Shown: positions 7,234 to 16,856, counted from the first letter of the stretch. The stretch: 20,000 bases of DNA from Myxococcota bacterium (GCA_023150835.1 JAKLKB010000043.1:53422-73421); one strand, 5' to 3'. Made by a program: numbers and translations. The notes: generated by a model from the letters alone, not told the origin.

Positions 7234-8559
7234 TCACGGATGCCTTGGGAGGTAGGAGCGCGGGTTGATGGGGTGCTTGTGCAAAAAGAGTCCGAAGTGC
7301 AAGTGAGGCCCCGTGGAGCGGCCCGTCGATCCGATGCTGCCGATACGTTGTCCCGAAGAGACAGGATCTTTGGGCGTTGCAAGGATCTGCGAAAGATGGC
7401 AATACAACGTGCGATAACCACGCGCATGTTCGAGAAGAACCCCCATTCCACACGATCCCATCCATCCTGCGTGCAAGACGACTCCCTCCGCTGCCGCAAA
7501 GACCGGACTTCCAAACGGTGCCACGATATCGATGCCCTGATGAAAGCGCTGTTTCCGATGAAAAGGATCGCTGCGCAAACCAAAACCACTGCTGATCGCG
7601 CCACGTGCAGGCCAACGCAAAAACGAAGTCGGTTCTCGAAAGCGATCGAGGTCTCGCTCCGTAAAGACCAACGGTGGGCGTGTATCGCTGTCCAACGCAT
7701 CTCCTTTGGGCGCGTTGTGCATCGAAGAAGTCGTGGGCGCTGAAGATATCGCAGAGGCCGATGATGTCGATGGTTCAGGGGAGTTCATACGGTAGGTTTG
7801 GGTCAACAGCAAGGAGTTAGGGGGGGGGTGAGTTTGCGCGGTACGGGAGGGCGAGATCGTGCGAGAAGGCGTGAGCCTTGGAGGCGATGGGTGGTATCGA
7901 AGATCAAGAAGCATGATTGTGCGGACGATCCGCAACGAAAGAGATTCGGGGAAGCCTGAGAAGCGGTTGCGATCGCGATCTCCTTCGATCTCAAGCAGAT
8001 GTCGATAGGCTTGCCAAGCGGCTGCCGTCAGACAACGGCTCGGCTGTCCAAGGCTGTTAAGCAAAGAGAACCAGCGTTGTTGTCGCGCAGAAGGCGTATC
8101 GACGGCCAATAACGCACACACCCGCCGCTGAAGCCCAAGTAAAGCTGCTTTACAGATCTTCTCGTGTGCGTGGGCCTTCAAAACGATGCTCTTATCGGTT
8201 GTGTGGGTCTTATCGGTTGTATGGGTCTTATCGGTTGTGTGGATCTTGTCGGTTGTATGGGTCTTGTCGTTTGTGTGGATCTTGTCGTTTGTGTGGATCT
8301 TGTCGTTTGTGTGGGTCTTCAAAACCATGCGGCGACAGACAGCCGAAAGAGGATGAGCAGGAGACAGCGTTTGAGACGGAATAACCGAGGAAGAACGAGC
8401 GGCGGTGTGAGCGGATCGATCATGGGGATAGGCTTTTGTGGAGAGAAGCGGAGCGTTGGGGTGGATGGTGTGCGAAGGCGTACAAGCGGAAGATATCAAC
8501 GCGAAGAAGGCAAGGAAAAGAAAGGCAGGGGAGTTGAAAGAAAGGTGTGACACAAACAT
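7234..8559 (-). CDS. M23-family metallopeptidase, probable lipoprotein
   Basis: C-terminal M23 motifs WPARGAISSGFG, FHQGIDI, YCHLS and GSTGRSTGPHLHF. N-terminal hydrophobic stretch ending ISSAC (lipobox-like). Confidence 0.92.
   Translation of the reverse strand: MFVSHLSFNSPAFLFLAFFALISSACTPSHTIHPNAPLLSTKAYPHDRSAHTAARSSSVIPSQTLSPAHPLSAVCRRMVLKTHTNDKIHTNDKIHTNDKTHTTDKIHTTDKTHTTDKTHTTDKSIVLKAHAHEKICKAALLGLQRRVCALLAVDTPSARQQRWFSLLNSLGQPSRCLTAAAWQAYRHLLEIEGDRDRNRFSGFPESLSLRIVRTIMLLDLRYHPSPPRLTPSRTISPSRTAQTHPPPNSLLLTQTYRMNSPEPSTSSASAISSAPTTSSMHNAPKGDALDSDTRPPLVFTERDLDRFREPTSFLRWPARGAISSGFGLRSDPFHRKQRFHQGIDIVAPFGSPVFAAAEGVVLHAGWMGSCGMGVLLEHARGYRTLYCHLSQILATPKDPVSSGQRIGSIGSTGRSTGPHLHFGLFLHKHPINPRSYLPRHP
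8191..8316 (-). repeat. Seven 18-bp tandem repeats encoding (T/I)HT(N/T)DK
   Basis: Directly visible units, in frame within the M23 gene. Confidence 0.95.
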
Positions 8560-8646
8560 GGTGTATCCGTGTATGTTTGAAGAAACGCCAAGATGCAGAG
8601 TGTATCCGAGGGCAAAAGCGAAGACAAGAGAGGCAGAGAGGCAGAA

Positions 8647-10083
8647 ATGCAGGAGAGATCCAAGCAGAGCGGTTGGAAACTGTTATTTGATGGGGGGACG
8701 GTGATCTTGGAAGCCCCCAAGGATCTAGGGGGATCGCCACCACCGCCTGAGCTGCGGTACGACGAGCGGATCGGGTATTATCGGGCGCGGGGGATGGATT
8801 ATCGGCGGGTTCGGACATGGGTGCATCGGCTTGGCGTCGATTACACCGATGAAGCCGAACAATACAACCGATTGGAGTTAAAGCCACATTACAAGCGAGA
8901 GGCTCGGCCCTATCAGGCCGAAGGTATCGCTGCATGGAAGGCCGCAGGAAAGCGGGGATTGATCTTGTTGCCGACGGGGACAGGGAAATCCTTTGTGGCG
9001 GAGTTGGCGATGATGGAGACCCAACGTTCGACGTTGGTGGTGGCACCCACGATCGACTTAATGAACCAATGGTACGAGATCTTGTCCTCTTCTTTTCAGC
9101 GGAGTGTCGGGCTTTTGGGGGGAGGTTATCACGAGATCGAAGATATCACGGTGAGTACATACGACTCGGCTTATCTGCACATGGAACGGCTCGGAGGGCG
9201 TTTTGGGCTGTTGATCTTTGATGAAGTGCATCACTTGCCGGGGCCGAGTTATCTGTACGCAGCGGAATGTTGTATTGCGCCGTTTCGGCTCGGACTGACG
9301 GCGACACTCGAACGCCCCGATGGTCGGCATCAATTGTTGGATGAGGTCGTGGGTCCGATCGTGTATCATCGCTCGATTCGAGAGTTGGCGGGTGAGTACC
9401 TTGCGGAGTACGATGTGGAACAGATCACGGTGGAGCTCGATCCTGACGAGTTTATCGAGTACACCGAAGCGCGTGAAGTGTACCGAAGCTTCGTGAGAGA
9501 AAAAGGGATCCGATTTGGTGGTCCGCAAGGATGGGGACAGTTTGTGTTGGTGAGCAGCCGAAGCGCAGTGGGTCGGCGGGCAATGAAAGCCTACCAAACC
9601 GCCCGTCGATTGGCGCTTTCAGCGCCATCCAAGCTGCGCGATCTGGAGGGCTTGTTGCGGCGGCACAAAAAAGACCGTGTGATCATCTTTACAAATGACA
9701 ACGACTCGGTCTATCGGATTAGTCGGCGTTTTTTGATTCCTGCGATCACGCATCAAACCGATGCGAAGGAGCGCAAAGAGATCCTCAGCCGCTTTAATGA
9801 AGGGATCTACCCTTGCTTGGTGACTTCTCGCGTGTTGAACGAAGGCGTGAACGTGCCAGACGTGAACGTCGGGATCATCTTGAGCGGGACAGGAAGCGTG
9901 CGCGAACATGTGCAGCGGTTGGGGCGGATCTTGCGAAAGCAGCCCGACAAACGCGCAACCCTCTACGAGATCGTCACCGCCAACACCGTCGAGCAGTACG
10001 TCAGCGAACGGCGGCGCGAACACGACGCCTACCGCCGAGACGAAGAACAAGATCCCGAGCCTGAACCTGATATGCAGGACTGA
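8647..10083 (+). CDS. XPB/Rad25-like superfamily 2 DNA helicase
   Basis: RPYQ Q-motif, LPTGTGKS Walker A, DEVHHL, LGLTAT, VLNEGVNVP and QRLGRILR. N-terminal LLFDGGTV...YDER..YRA resembles the XPB damage-recognition domain. An alternative start exists at 8593. Confidence 0.92.
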   Translation: MQERSKQSGWKLLFDGGTVILEAPKDLGGSPPPPELRYDERIGYYRARGMDYRRVRTWVHRLGVDYTDEAEQYNRLELKPHYKREARPYQAEGIAAWKAAGKRGLILLPTGTGKSFVAELAMMETQRSTLVVAPTIDLMNQWYEILSSSFQRSVGLLGGGYHEIEDITVSTYDSAYLHMERLGGRFGLLIFDEVHHLPGPSYLYAAECCIAPFRLGLTATLERPDGRHQLLDEVVGPIVYHRSIRELAGEYLAEYDVEQITVELDPDEFIEYTEAREVYRSFVREKGIRFGGPQGWGQFVLVSSRSAVGRRAMKAYQTARRLALSAPSKLRDLEGLLRRHKKDRVIIFTNDNDSVYRISRRFLIPAITHQTDAKERKEILSRFNEGIYPCLVTSRVLNEGVNVPDVNVGIILSGTGSVREHVQRLGRILRKQPDKRATLYEIVTANTVEQYVSERRREHDAYRRDEEQDPEPEPDMQD

Positions 10084-10183
10084 GTGCAGATGCCGCAAAG
10101 AGCGAAGCACCGCCATTCGAAAGAGGTGAACAAGCCGATGGGAACGAAGCGAACAAGCCGATGAGATGGAGGAGAAAGAGCGG

Positions 10184-11410
10184 ATGTTGACAACGGATCT
10201 GATCCGCGTGAGCGAAAAAGGCGAGAGCATCGAGCCGCGCTACATCAAGATAGAGAAGTTAAAGTCCTTTGAAAAAGTCGAACGGCTGATCGAGGCATAC
10301 CGCGCACACGTCGGCAAGCCGAGGGGCGCGTTGGAAGAAGAGCTGAAAGATATCATTGGGGACGGAACGGACTTTCTCATGCAACGTGGCCTCGCCAAAC
10401 TGCTTGCGGATCGCTCAGAGTTTGTCGTGGTTTCCCCGCTTTCTCCGATCGAGTTGCGCCGAAAGATCTTTGAGACGGTTGCTCAGGTGCATCCTGTGAC
10501 GCAAACCCCCGATCTGCACCACCCGACCACACGCGAAGGGATCTTGGGCCAAGTAGCCGAAGAGTTGGGCGTGACCGAAGAAGTGATCGAACAGGCGTTG
10601 TATGCGGACTTGCAGGACGCTTACATCTTGGAGCGTTTTGAGGATATCGAAGCGGAAGCGCTCTTGCATCGGTACAATCTGGCCCTTGCGCAGGCGGTGT
10701 TGTTTCGGGCCAGCAAGATGCAAGTGTGGCTGCGCCAACCCGACGCCAAGCGGTTAAAGCAATTGATACGTTATCTGAAGTTCTTTCGGCTGATCGCGAC
10801 GGCTTCTTATGAGGGAGAAGATGTGCAGATCACGATCGATGGGCCGTCTTCGATGTTTCGGCTGAGCCAAAAATATGGGCTACAGATGGCGAACTTTTTA
10901 CCGGCTCTGTTGCTTTGTGAAGATTGGACGATGCGAGCGGATCTGTTGTGGGAAGAACGACGCGAACCGCGTGTTTTCTATCTCGACAGCCAGTGCGATC
11001 TGCATAGCCATTACCCCGATACAGGGGCTTATTTGACCGAAGAAGAAGAACACTTACGCCAACGTTGGGGGCAGTTGAAACTCGACTGGGAGCTTGTGCC
11101 ATCGAGTCGGGTGTTGCGACAAGGTAGCCGAGACGTGTGTGTGGTCGACTATCGCCTTGTTCATCCCGATGGACGGGAGGCATGGTTGGAGTTGTTGGGT
11201 TTTTGGCATCGCGATTCTTTGTTGAGACGCCTCGAACACCTGCGCATGTACGGCCCTTCTCACTTGATGGTTGCGGTGTCGACGCGGATGCGTGTGTCGG
11301 AGGAGGATTACGCCGATATCCCAGAGCAGGTGTATCTTTACAAGGATGTGATGCACCCCAAGCGCTTGGCCGAACGAGCCGAACAGATCGCAACCAAAGT
11401 GCAGGATTGA
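10184..11410 (+). CDS. DUF790 / Bax1-like endonuclease
   Basis: MLTTDL start, ALYADL, RYNLALAQAVLFRA, IDGPSSMF..SQKYG and nuclease-like VVDY...LELLGFW. Lies directly downstream of the XPB-like helicase, as in xpb-bax1 operons. Confidence 0.88.
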   Translation: MLTTDLIRVSEKGESIEPRYIKIEKLKSFEKVERLIEAYRAHVGKPRGALEEELKDIIGDGTDFLMQRGLAKLLADRSEFVVVSPLSPIELRRKIFETVAQVHPVTQTPDLHHPTTREGILGQVAEELGVTEEVIEQALYADLQDAYILERFEDIEAEALLHRYNLALAQAVLFRASKMQVWLRQPDAKRLKQLIRYLKFFRLIATASYEGEDVQITIDGPSSMFRLSQKYGLQMANFLPALLLCEDWTMRADLLWEERREPRVFYLDSQCDLHSHYPDTGAYLTEEEEHLRQRWGQLKLDWELVPSSRVLRQGSRDVCVVDYRLVHPDGREAWLELLGFWHRDSLLRRLEHLRMYGPSHLMVAVSTRMRVSEEDYADIPEQVYLYKDVMHPKRLAERAEQIATKVQD

Positions 11411-11445
11411 GCCAACGCACAACGCACGCAAACAAGATCAAGATA

Positions 11446-11474
11446 TTGACTTTTGGCGCGCTTCGGGGTCTGAT
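11446..11474 (+). promoter_or_regulatory. Possible sigma70-type promoter for the PDE-folC unit
   Basis: TTGACT at 11446-11451, 17-bp spacer, weak -10 TCTGAT; about 100 bp upstream of the ATG at 11574. Confidence 0.3.
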
Positions 11475-11573
11475 ACAGCGTTTGGATGAGCCATGTGCGG
11501 TGGATGGCGTGTGTTCGAACGCACGCATAGCCCATGCTGCTTGAATGCAGCAGACGACAAACCGAGGACAAGG

Positions 11574-12356
11574 ATGGATCTGCATATTTTGGGTGCAGAA
11601 GGCGGAGAGCTTTTTGGATACAAACCCGCCAGCTTTCTGTTTCAAGAGGATCTGTTGATCGATGCAGGTTCGATATGCTCGACGTTGCGCCTTGAGGCGC
11701 TGTTGCAGATCGAACACGTTTTTTTGAGCCATACCCACCTCGATCACATCAAAGATCTGGGCTTGTTGGCGGACCTGTTGACGGGCTTGCACTCCAAGCC
11801 GCTCAAGATCTATGGAACGGCTGATGTCCTCAAAACGCTGCGCGAACACTACTTTAACAATAAGATCTGGCCGGATTTTACGCAGATTCCGCCGCCGCCG
11901 ATGATGCCAGTGCTTGAACTGGTCGAACTCGAACCGATGGTGACAGTGCATCTACCGGGCGATCGAAGTGTTTTGCCGATTCCTGTGCATCATACCGTCC
12001 CAACATGCGCCTTTTTGGTGATGTGGCCCGGGCATAGTTTTCTCTATAGCGCCGATACAGGCCCCACAGATCTGTTGTGGCAAGTCGCCAACCAACGCGA
12101 CGATCTGCGCGGACTGATCTTGGATGTCGCGTTTCCGATCCGTATGCAGATGATCGCGAACCTCGCCAAGCACCTCACCCCCCAGACCGCCAAAGAAGAA
12201 CTGCGCAAACTCAAGCGCGATATCCCGATCTATTATTTCCATCTCAAGCCGGCCTTTTACCAAGAGATGGTCGATGAGATGGCGCAGATCTTACCGGGAA
12301 TGGGGACGATCTTGCGATCAGGGCAAGAACTTTGGTTGGGGTCCGGACCCGCTTGA
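11574..12356 (+). CDS. MBL-fold hydrolase, class II 3',5'-cyclic-nucleotide phosphodiesterase-like
   Basis: ILGAEGG, LLIDAGS, FLSHTHLDHI, HYFNNKIWPDF, VHHTVP, YSADTGPT, KHLTP and FHLKP motifs. GAGGA RBS upstream. Confidence 0.85.
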   Translation: MDLHILGAEGGELFGYKPASFLFQEDLLIDAGSICSTLRLEALLQIEHVFLSHTHLDHIKDLGLLADLLTGLHSKPLKIYGTADVLKTLREHYFNNKIWPDFTQIPPPPMMPVLELVELEPMVTVHLPGDRSVLPIPVHHTVPTCAFLVMWPGHSFLYSADTGPTDLLWQVANQRDDLRGLILDVAFPIRMQMIANLAKHLTPQTAKEELRKLKRDIPIYYFHLKPAFYQEMVDEMAQILPGMGTILRSGQELWLGSGPA

Positions 12357-12394
12357 AAAAATATCGCAAAAACGAGGATGCTGCCCGCGCCTCA

Positions 12395-13747
12395 ATGGAT
12401 ATCGATCCGATAACGCCGCCCGTCTTTGACGAGATCACCTATCAAACCCAACTCAAGGGTCTTTTTGAGCTACGACGCGGCGTAGAGTCGCGTGGACTCG
12501 AAGGGATGCGTGCGCTCTGGGACGCGCTCGGACGTCCAGCCGAGGGGATTCCTTGTATCCAAGTTGCGGGAACCAACGGCAAAGGCTCCGTGTGTGCGTG
12601 GCTTTCTTCGATATGTTGCGCAAGCGGCGTGCGAGTGGGCTTGTTCACAAGCCCCCACCTTGTACATTTTCGAGAGCGCTTTCGCATCAATGATCGCGAT
12701 GTATCGGACGAAAGGATCGCTCACCACCTTCCTCGCATCCTTCAAGTAGCCCACGAAACGGGCTACCCTCCGCTGTTTTTCGAGATCGTCACCGCGCTAG
12801 GTTTGTGCTTATTCGCCGAAGCCCAAGTCGAATGGATCATCCTCGAAGTGGGGCTTGGAGGGCGCCTCGACGCAACCACCGTGTTTCCTGCGGTCGCGTC
12901 AGTGATCACCTCGATCGGGCTAGATCATTGTGCTTGGCTTGGCGATACACACGCAGCGATCGCACGAGAAAAAGCCGGAATCTTTCGCCCCAACGTCCCT
13001 GCATGGATCGGTCACGTCCCCGAAGAGGCCGCCACGATCATCCAACAAGAAGCCCTCGCGCACCAAGTCTCCGCCGTCCAATGGGCAGGCGTAGACTTTT
13101 GCGTTGACGCCCGACCTTCACAGATCCCCACAGCAGAAAGCCTCTGCTTTGTTGGAGAAGGCGAAGTGATCGAGGGCTTGTGTGTCCCACTTCGCGGCGA
13201 GCACCAGCACCGCAATCTTGCGCTTGCGTTGGCCGTCGCGTTGGGGCAACGCAAACAAAACTGGCGCATCACCGAAGAAGCGTTGCGTCAAGGCGTCCAA
13301 CAAGTCCGATGGGCCGGTCGCTTGCAACGGATCGAATGGAAAGAGCGGGTGGTGTGGTTAGATGGTGCGCATAACCCTGAAGCAGCGGTTGTTTTGGCCG
13401 ATGCGCTGGTTTCGATTCGACCCGCTGTGCTGATATTTGGCGCGATGCAAGACAAAGATATCCACGCAACGCTGCGCCCGCTGCTGGGCTGTGTCCGTCA
13501 CACCATCTATTGCGCCGCCCACAGTCCACGCGCATGGTCGGCCTCTTCACTACAACAAGTGGCCCAAGAGATCGATTCATCCCGAACAAGCGAAGTATCC
13601 GACGATCTCGCCGATGCGCTGAACAAAGCCCACACACAAAGTCAAAAAGGCGATGCCATCGTCTTGGCGGGTTCGTTGTATCTTGTCGGCGAAGCTCTCC
13701 AACTGCTTCTTGGTGCTTCACCCTCTCCCACACAACACACCGCATAG
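12395..13747 (+). CDS. folC: Bifunctional folylpolyglutamate synthase/dihydrofolate synthase
   Basis: VAGTNGKGS, FTSPHL, ERFRIN, FFEIVTA, EVGLGGRLDAT, IAREKAGIF, WAGRLQ, LDGAHN and AGSLYLVGE. Confidence 0.96.
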   Translation: MDIDPITPPVFDEITYQTQLKGLFELRRGVESRGLEGMRALWDALGRPAEGIPCIQVAGTNGKGSVCAWLSSICCASGVRVGLFTSPHLVHFRERFRINDRDVSDERIAHHLPRILQVAHETGYPPLFFEIVTALGLCLFAEAQVEWIILEVGLGGRLDATTVFPAVASVITSIGLDHCAWLGDTHAAIAREKAGIFRPNVPAWIGHVPEEAATIIQQEALAHQVSAVQWAGVDFCVDARPSQIPTAESLCFVGEGEVIEGLCVPLRGEHQHRNLALALAVALGQRKQNWRITEEALRQGVQQVRWAGRLQRIEWKERVVWLDGAHNPEAAVVLADALVSIRPAVLIFGAMQDKDIHATLRPLLGCVRHTIYCAAHSPRAWSASSLQQVAQEIDSSRTSEVSDDLADALNKAHTQSQKGDAIVLAGSLYLVGEALQLLLGASPSPTQHTA

Positions 13748-13979
13748 CCCGCAACACACTCGGAGCGGGCACGAGATCGGCAAACGTCGATCTAGGCGGA
13801 TACACCGCAGATCGCATAGCCCGCAGCACGCTTGGATCGAGCAAAGATGGATTTTCCATGCTTCGTGTTGCAACAGCGCCGCCTTGGTGGTAGATTCCTG
13901 TGCTTGTTGGGTCAGAGGTTTGGATGCAGACAAAGCGTTGAAGAAAACAACGACAGCACGGTGGCTAGAGGCGTAAAAG

Positions 13980-16814
13980 ATGGCAGAGCGAGATTGGTTG
14001 ATCGGTAGAGTCCTTGGAAAGTACCGGCTGGAAAAACAGATCGGCGCAGGTGCTTTTGCAAGCATCTACGAAGCGATGCACATCCACTTGCATGTCCCCT
14101 TTGCGATCAAGATCTTGCACCCGGCCTTTGCCAACGAAGACGAAGTCTTACGGCGTTTCTTTCGAGAGGCTCGCGCAGCAAGCCAACTTCAGCACGAAAA
14201 CGTCGTGTTTATCGCAGATTACGATGTCGAAGAAGGCGTCGGCCCCTACATCGTGATGGAATACCTCGAAGGCGACACACTCAAAAAATTCCTGAGCCAA
14301 CACCGCCAACTCCCGTTGGATTTAGTGGGCGAGATCGCACGTCAGATCTGCCTTGCTTTGGGACAAGCCCACCGAAAAAACATCGTCCACCGCGATCTCA
14401 AGCCAGAAAATATCTTCTTGGTGCAACGCGAGATGGGGCGCGTCTTGGTCAAAGTCCTCGACTTTGGCATCGCTCACCTCGGAAAAGTTGCCGACGCCAT
14501 CACAGGTTCGCGCTTGATCGGAACTCCCGTATACATGGCCCCTGAGCAGTTTCGTGGCGTCGCTCAGTCCCCAAGCATCGATATCTACTCCTTTGGCGTC
14601 ATCCTTTACGAGATGCTCACCGGGCAAACTCCCTTTATTGGACACAATGTCCAGCAACTCGGGATCGAACATATCTTGATGCCCGCTCCCGAACTTGCCG
14701 ACGGGTTTCCCCCCGGACTGCGCCAACTCCAAGCCCGCCTTCTCGGAAAAACCCCCGAAGAACGGCCATCAAGCATGGAAGAAGTCTGGATGTTGATGGC
14801 TCCCGCTCTCGATCCCGAAGGGCGCTATCCTCATTGGCATCGCCAAGATCAACACATCTTTACAGGCGCGCTGATGCCCGCTGTTTCGCTCTCTTCTCCC
14901 GAAGCGATCAGCTATCCGCGCATCGATAACGGCAACCGCCATCCGATCCCCGTTTCTGTAAGCGACACCCAAGATCAAGCCCCCCAATCCGTCAACGACA
15001 CACACGACGGACCCGATCAACTACCCGATGCTGCCGCCTTCTCCGAAGATATCCGCCCCACCTCTGTCGGCCCGCTCCCTTCGGGTTCTGCCAGCGATCT
15101 GCTCGCTTCTCTCCGTCCCTCCGAAGAAGAAGACATCTTCGAAGGGGCCGAAACCATGGTCGGCCCCCTGCGCAACCCGCTCTCAGATCATCCAAGCAGC
15201 GGCCAAGTCTACCAAACCCTGCGTATGCCAAGCTACACAGACGATCACGACCTCTCCACCAACGATATCCCAACCACCGAATTTTCCACCGATCTGAACT
15301 TGCCCGTCTACGGCGGTGCAGCGGGCCGAAACCACGCCTCTCCTACCCCGCCACCCAGCCAAGACGAACAAGCCAACAAGAAGGCTCTCGCCCAAAAAAG
15401 CGGCACTTACGCTAGACCTCCCATGCTTCCGGACTTTTTGCAAGCCGATACCAAAGACTCATTCCCACCGCCAACTCGCCCACCCCACCGCTCAGAAAAT
15501 GAACAAGCCCTCTCCGCCGAAGACCTGCTCGACGAAGAGACCCCCAACCCGACGCTTGGGGAGCCGCCTTTGCCCGCAAAACCCCCGATGCTCGGGAAAT
15601 CACCTTTGTCCGAAAAACCCCCGATGCTCGGGAAATCACCTTTGTCCGAAAAACCCCCGATGCTCGGGAAATCACCTTTGTCCGAAAAACCCCCGATGCT
15701 CGGGAAATCACCTTTGTCCGAAAAATCGTCTTTGCTTGAAGAGTCCGACTCCTTCTCTCTCGAAGAAAGCGCCCTTGTCATCGAAGAAGACAAGCCTCCC
15801 CCAAGCGCCCCCCATCTTGCCGCCCTGCGCGAAGCCCAAGACCTTGATCTTGTGATCCACGATATGGGCGATCAACTCTGGGAAGATCACGATCACGAAG
15901 ACGCCGTCGGACCTGAGATCCCGATCAAGCGGGTCCCACAGATGACCAACGGCAGTGCAGACGATGTTCCGCAACTGACCGAGATATCCACGCACGCACA
16001 TCGCCATGCCCCTGACAACCCCGATGAAGATAGCCTGCAAGTGACCGAGATATCGATGCACTCGAATTATGCGATGGGCGGGTTCTCTCCCGCCCCTGCC
16101 TTCGCCACTTCGGCCAGCTTTCCCGCTCCGCCCAACGCACGTGTCTCTTCCGACTTTTCCCAACTCTCTACCGTCCGCACGCGCAATCCCCTAAGTACCC
16201 CTCCCCCCAACGATACAGTCGCCGAACTCGATATCCTCCCCTCCCCCACCCGCAGCGCCCCACCGCGAAATGTCCCACCACCCAAGATCCCGCTCACCGT
16301 CGGTGTTGCCGGCCTCCCATCCACTCGCGTGTACGCAGACACCACCCCCGACCCACACGATCCACACGATTGGCAGCGTGAACGCCTTCCCTCCGTCCTT
16401 CGGCCCGTTTGGGATTTCTATCGACGCATGAACCCTCTCGAACGCCGTCTCCTGATGATGGTTTGGGTTGGTGTGGTCTTGGTGATCTTGAGCGTCCTTT
16501 GGCTGCTTTGGCCCGAAGTGTCTCCTCCATCCAAACCCGAGCCACCCCCTCGTGCGCGCATCACCCGCCCCAATCAAGAGATCGAGATCCGTTTCATCTC
16601 GGGCTTGATCGGCCGACAACCCATCAAAGTCTTCAGCGAAAATGGCCGCTATCTCGGAACGACGCCCATGTCCGTTCGCGGACGCCCACAAAAAGTCATC
16701 CGCTATCGCCTCGAACCTTCCGATCCCAACGAACGCCGCTATCAAACCACACAATGCGATATCCTGTTCGATCCCAACAAAACTCAGATCACCCTCGAAC
16801 TCACACCACGCTAA
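13980..16814 (+). CDS. Hanks-type Ser/Thr protein kinase with long Pro-rich linker, one TM helix and a PEGA-like C-terminal domain
   Basis: IGAGAFASIY, FAIKIL, RFFREA, VHRDLKPENIF, VLDFGIA, GTPVYMAPEQ and DIYSFGVILYEMLTG. TM segment LLMMVWVGVVLVILSVLWLLW; YLGTTPM near the C-terminus. Confidence 0.96.
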   Translation: MAERDWLIGRVLGKYRLEKQIGAGAFASIYEAMHIHLHVPFAIKILHPAFANEDEVLRRFFREARAASQLQHENVVFIADYDVEEGVGPYIVMEYLEGDTLKKFLSQHRQLPLDLVGEIARQICLALGQAHRKNIVHRDLKPENIFLVQREMGRVLVKVLDFGIAHLGKVADAITGSRLIGTPVYMAPEQFRGVAQSPSIDIYSFGVILYEMLTGQTPFIGHNVQQLGIEHILMPAPELADGFPPGLRQLQARLLGKTPEERPSSMEEVWMLMAPALDPEGRYPHWHRQDQHIFTGALMPAVSLSSPEAISYPRIDNGNRHPIPVSVSDTQDQAPQSVNDTHDGPDQLPDAAAFSEDIRPTSVGPLPSGSASDLLASLRPSEEEDIFEGAETMVGPLRNPLSDHPSSGQVYQTLRMPSYTDDHDLSTNDIPTTEFSTDLNLPVYGGAAGRNHASPTPPPSQDEQANKKALAQKSGTYARPPMLPDFLQADTKDSFPPPTRPPHRSENEQALSAEDLLDEETPNPTLGEPPLPAKPPMLGKSPLSEKPPMLGKSPLSEKPPMLGKSPLSEKPPMLGKSPLSEKSSLLEESDSFSLEESALVIEEDKPPPSAPHLAALREAQDLDLVIHDMGDQLWEDHDHEDAVGPEIPIKRVPQMTNGSADDVPQLTEISTHAHRHAPDNPDEDSLQVTEISMHSNYAMGGFSPAPAFATSASFPAPPNARVSSDFSQLSTVRTRNPLSTPPPNDTVAELDILPSPTRSAPPRNVPPPKIPLTVGVAGLPSTRVYADTTPDPHDPHDWQRERLPSVLRPVWDFYRRMNPLERRLLMMVWVGVVLVILSVLWLLWPEVSPPSKPEPPPRARITRPNQEIEIRFISGLIGRQPIKVFSENGRYLGTTPMSVRGRPQKVIRYRLEPSDPNERRYQTTQCDILFDPNKTQITLELTPR
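15579..15722 (+). repeat. Four identical 36-bp tandem repeats encoding KPPMLGKSPLSE
   Basis: AAACCCCCGATGCTCGGGAAATCACCTTTGTCCGAA x4, preceded by one degenerate unit. Confidence 0.97.
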
Positions 16815-16856
16815 ACGCCGCTGCTCTAGCCTCCTACGATCTCCCAAAGAGCTCAC

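Noticed and set aside
6027-7268. 413-aa plus-strand ORF
   Set aside because: Antisense to the HupE/UreJ gene and runs through non-coding repeats.
6946-7743. ORFs 6946..7743 and 19520..19993 sharing the N-terminus MHTACVMKKQNPRCFRLSLPPLFT
   Set aside because: The identity comes from the family-2 repeat; the remainders are unrelated and overlap real genes.
10126-10163. GAACAAGCCGATG direct repeat between the helicase and DUF790 genes
   Set aside because: Two short copies only; most simply a local slippage duplication.
11453-11470. Sigma54 promoter (TGGCGCG)
   Set aside because: No TTGC at the -12 position.
10830-11951. 373-aa minus-strand ORF
   Set aside because: Antisense to two well-supported genes and has no motifs.
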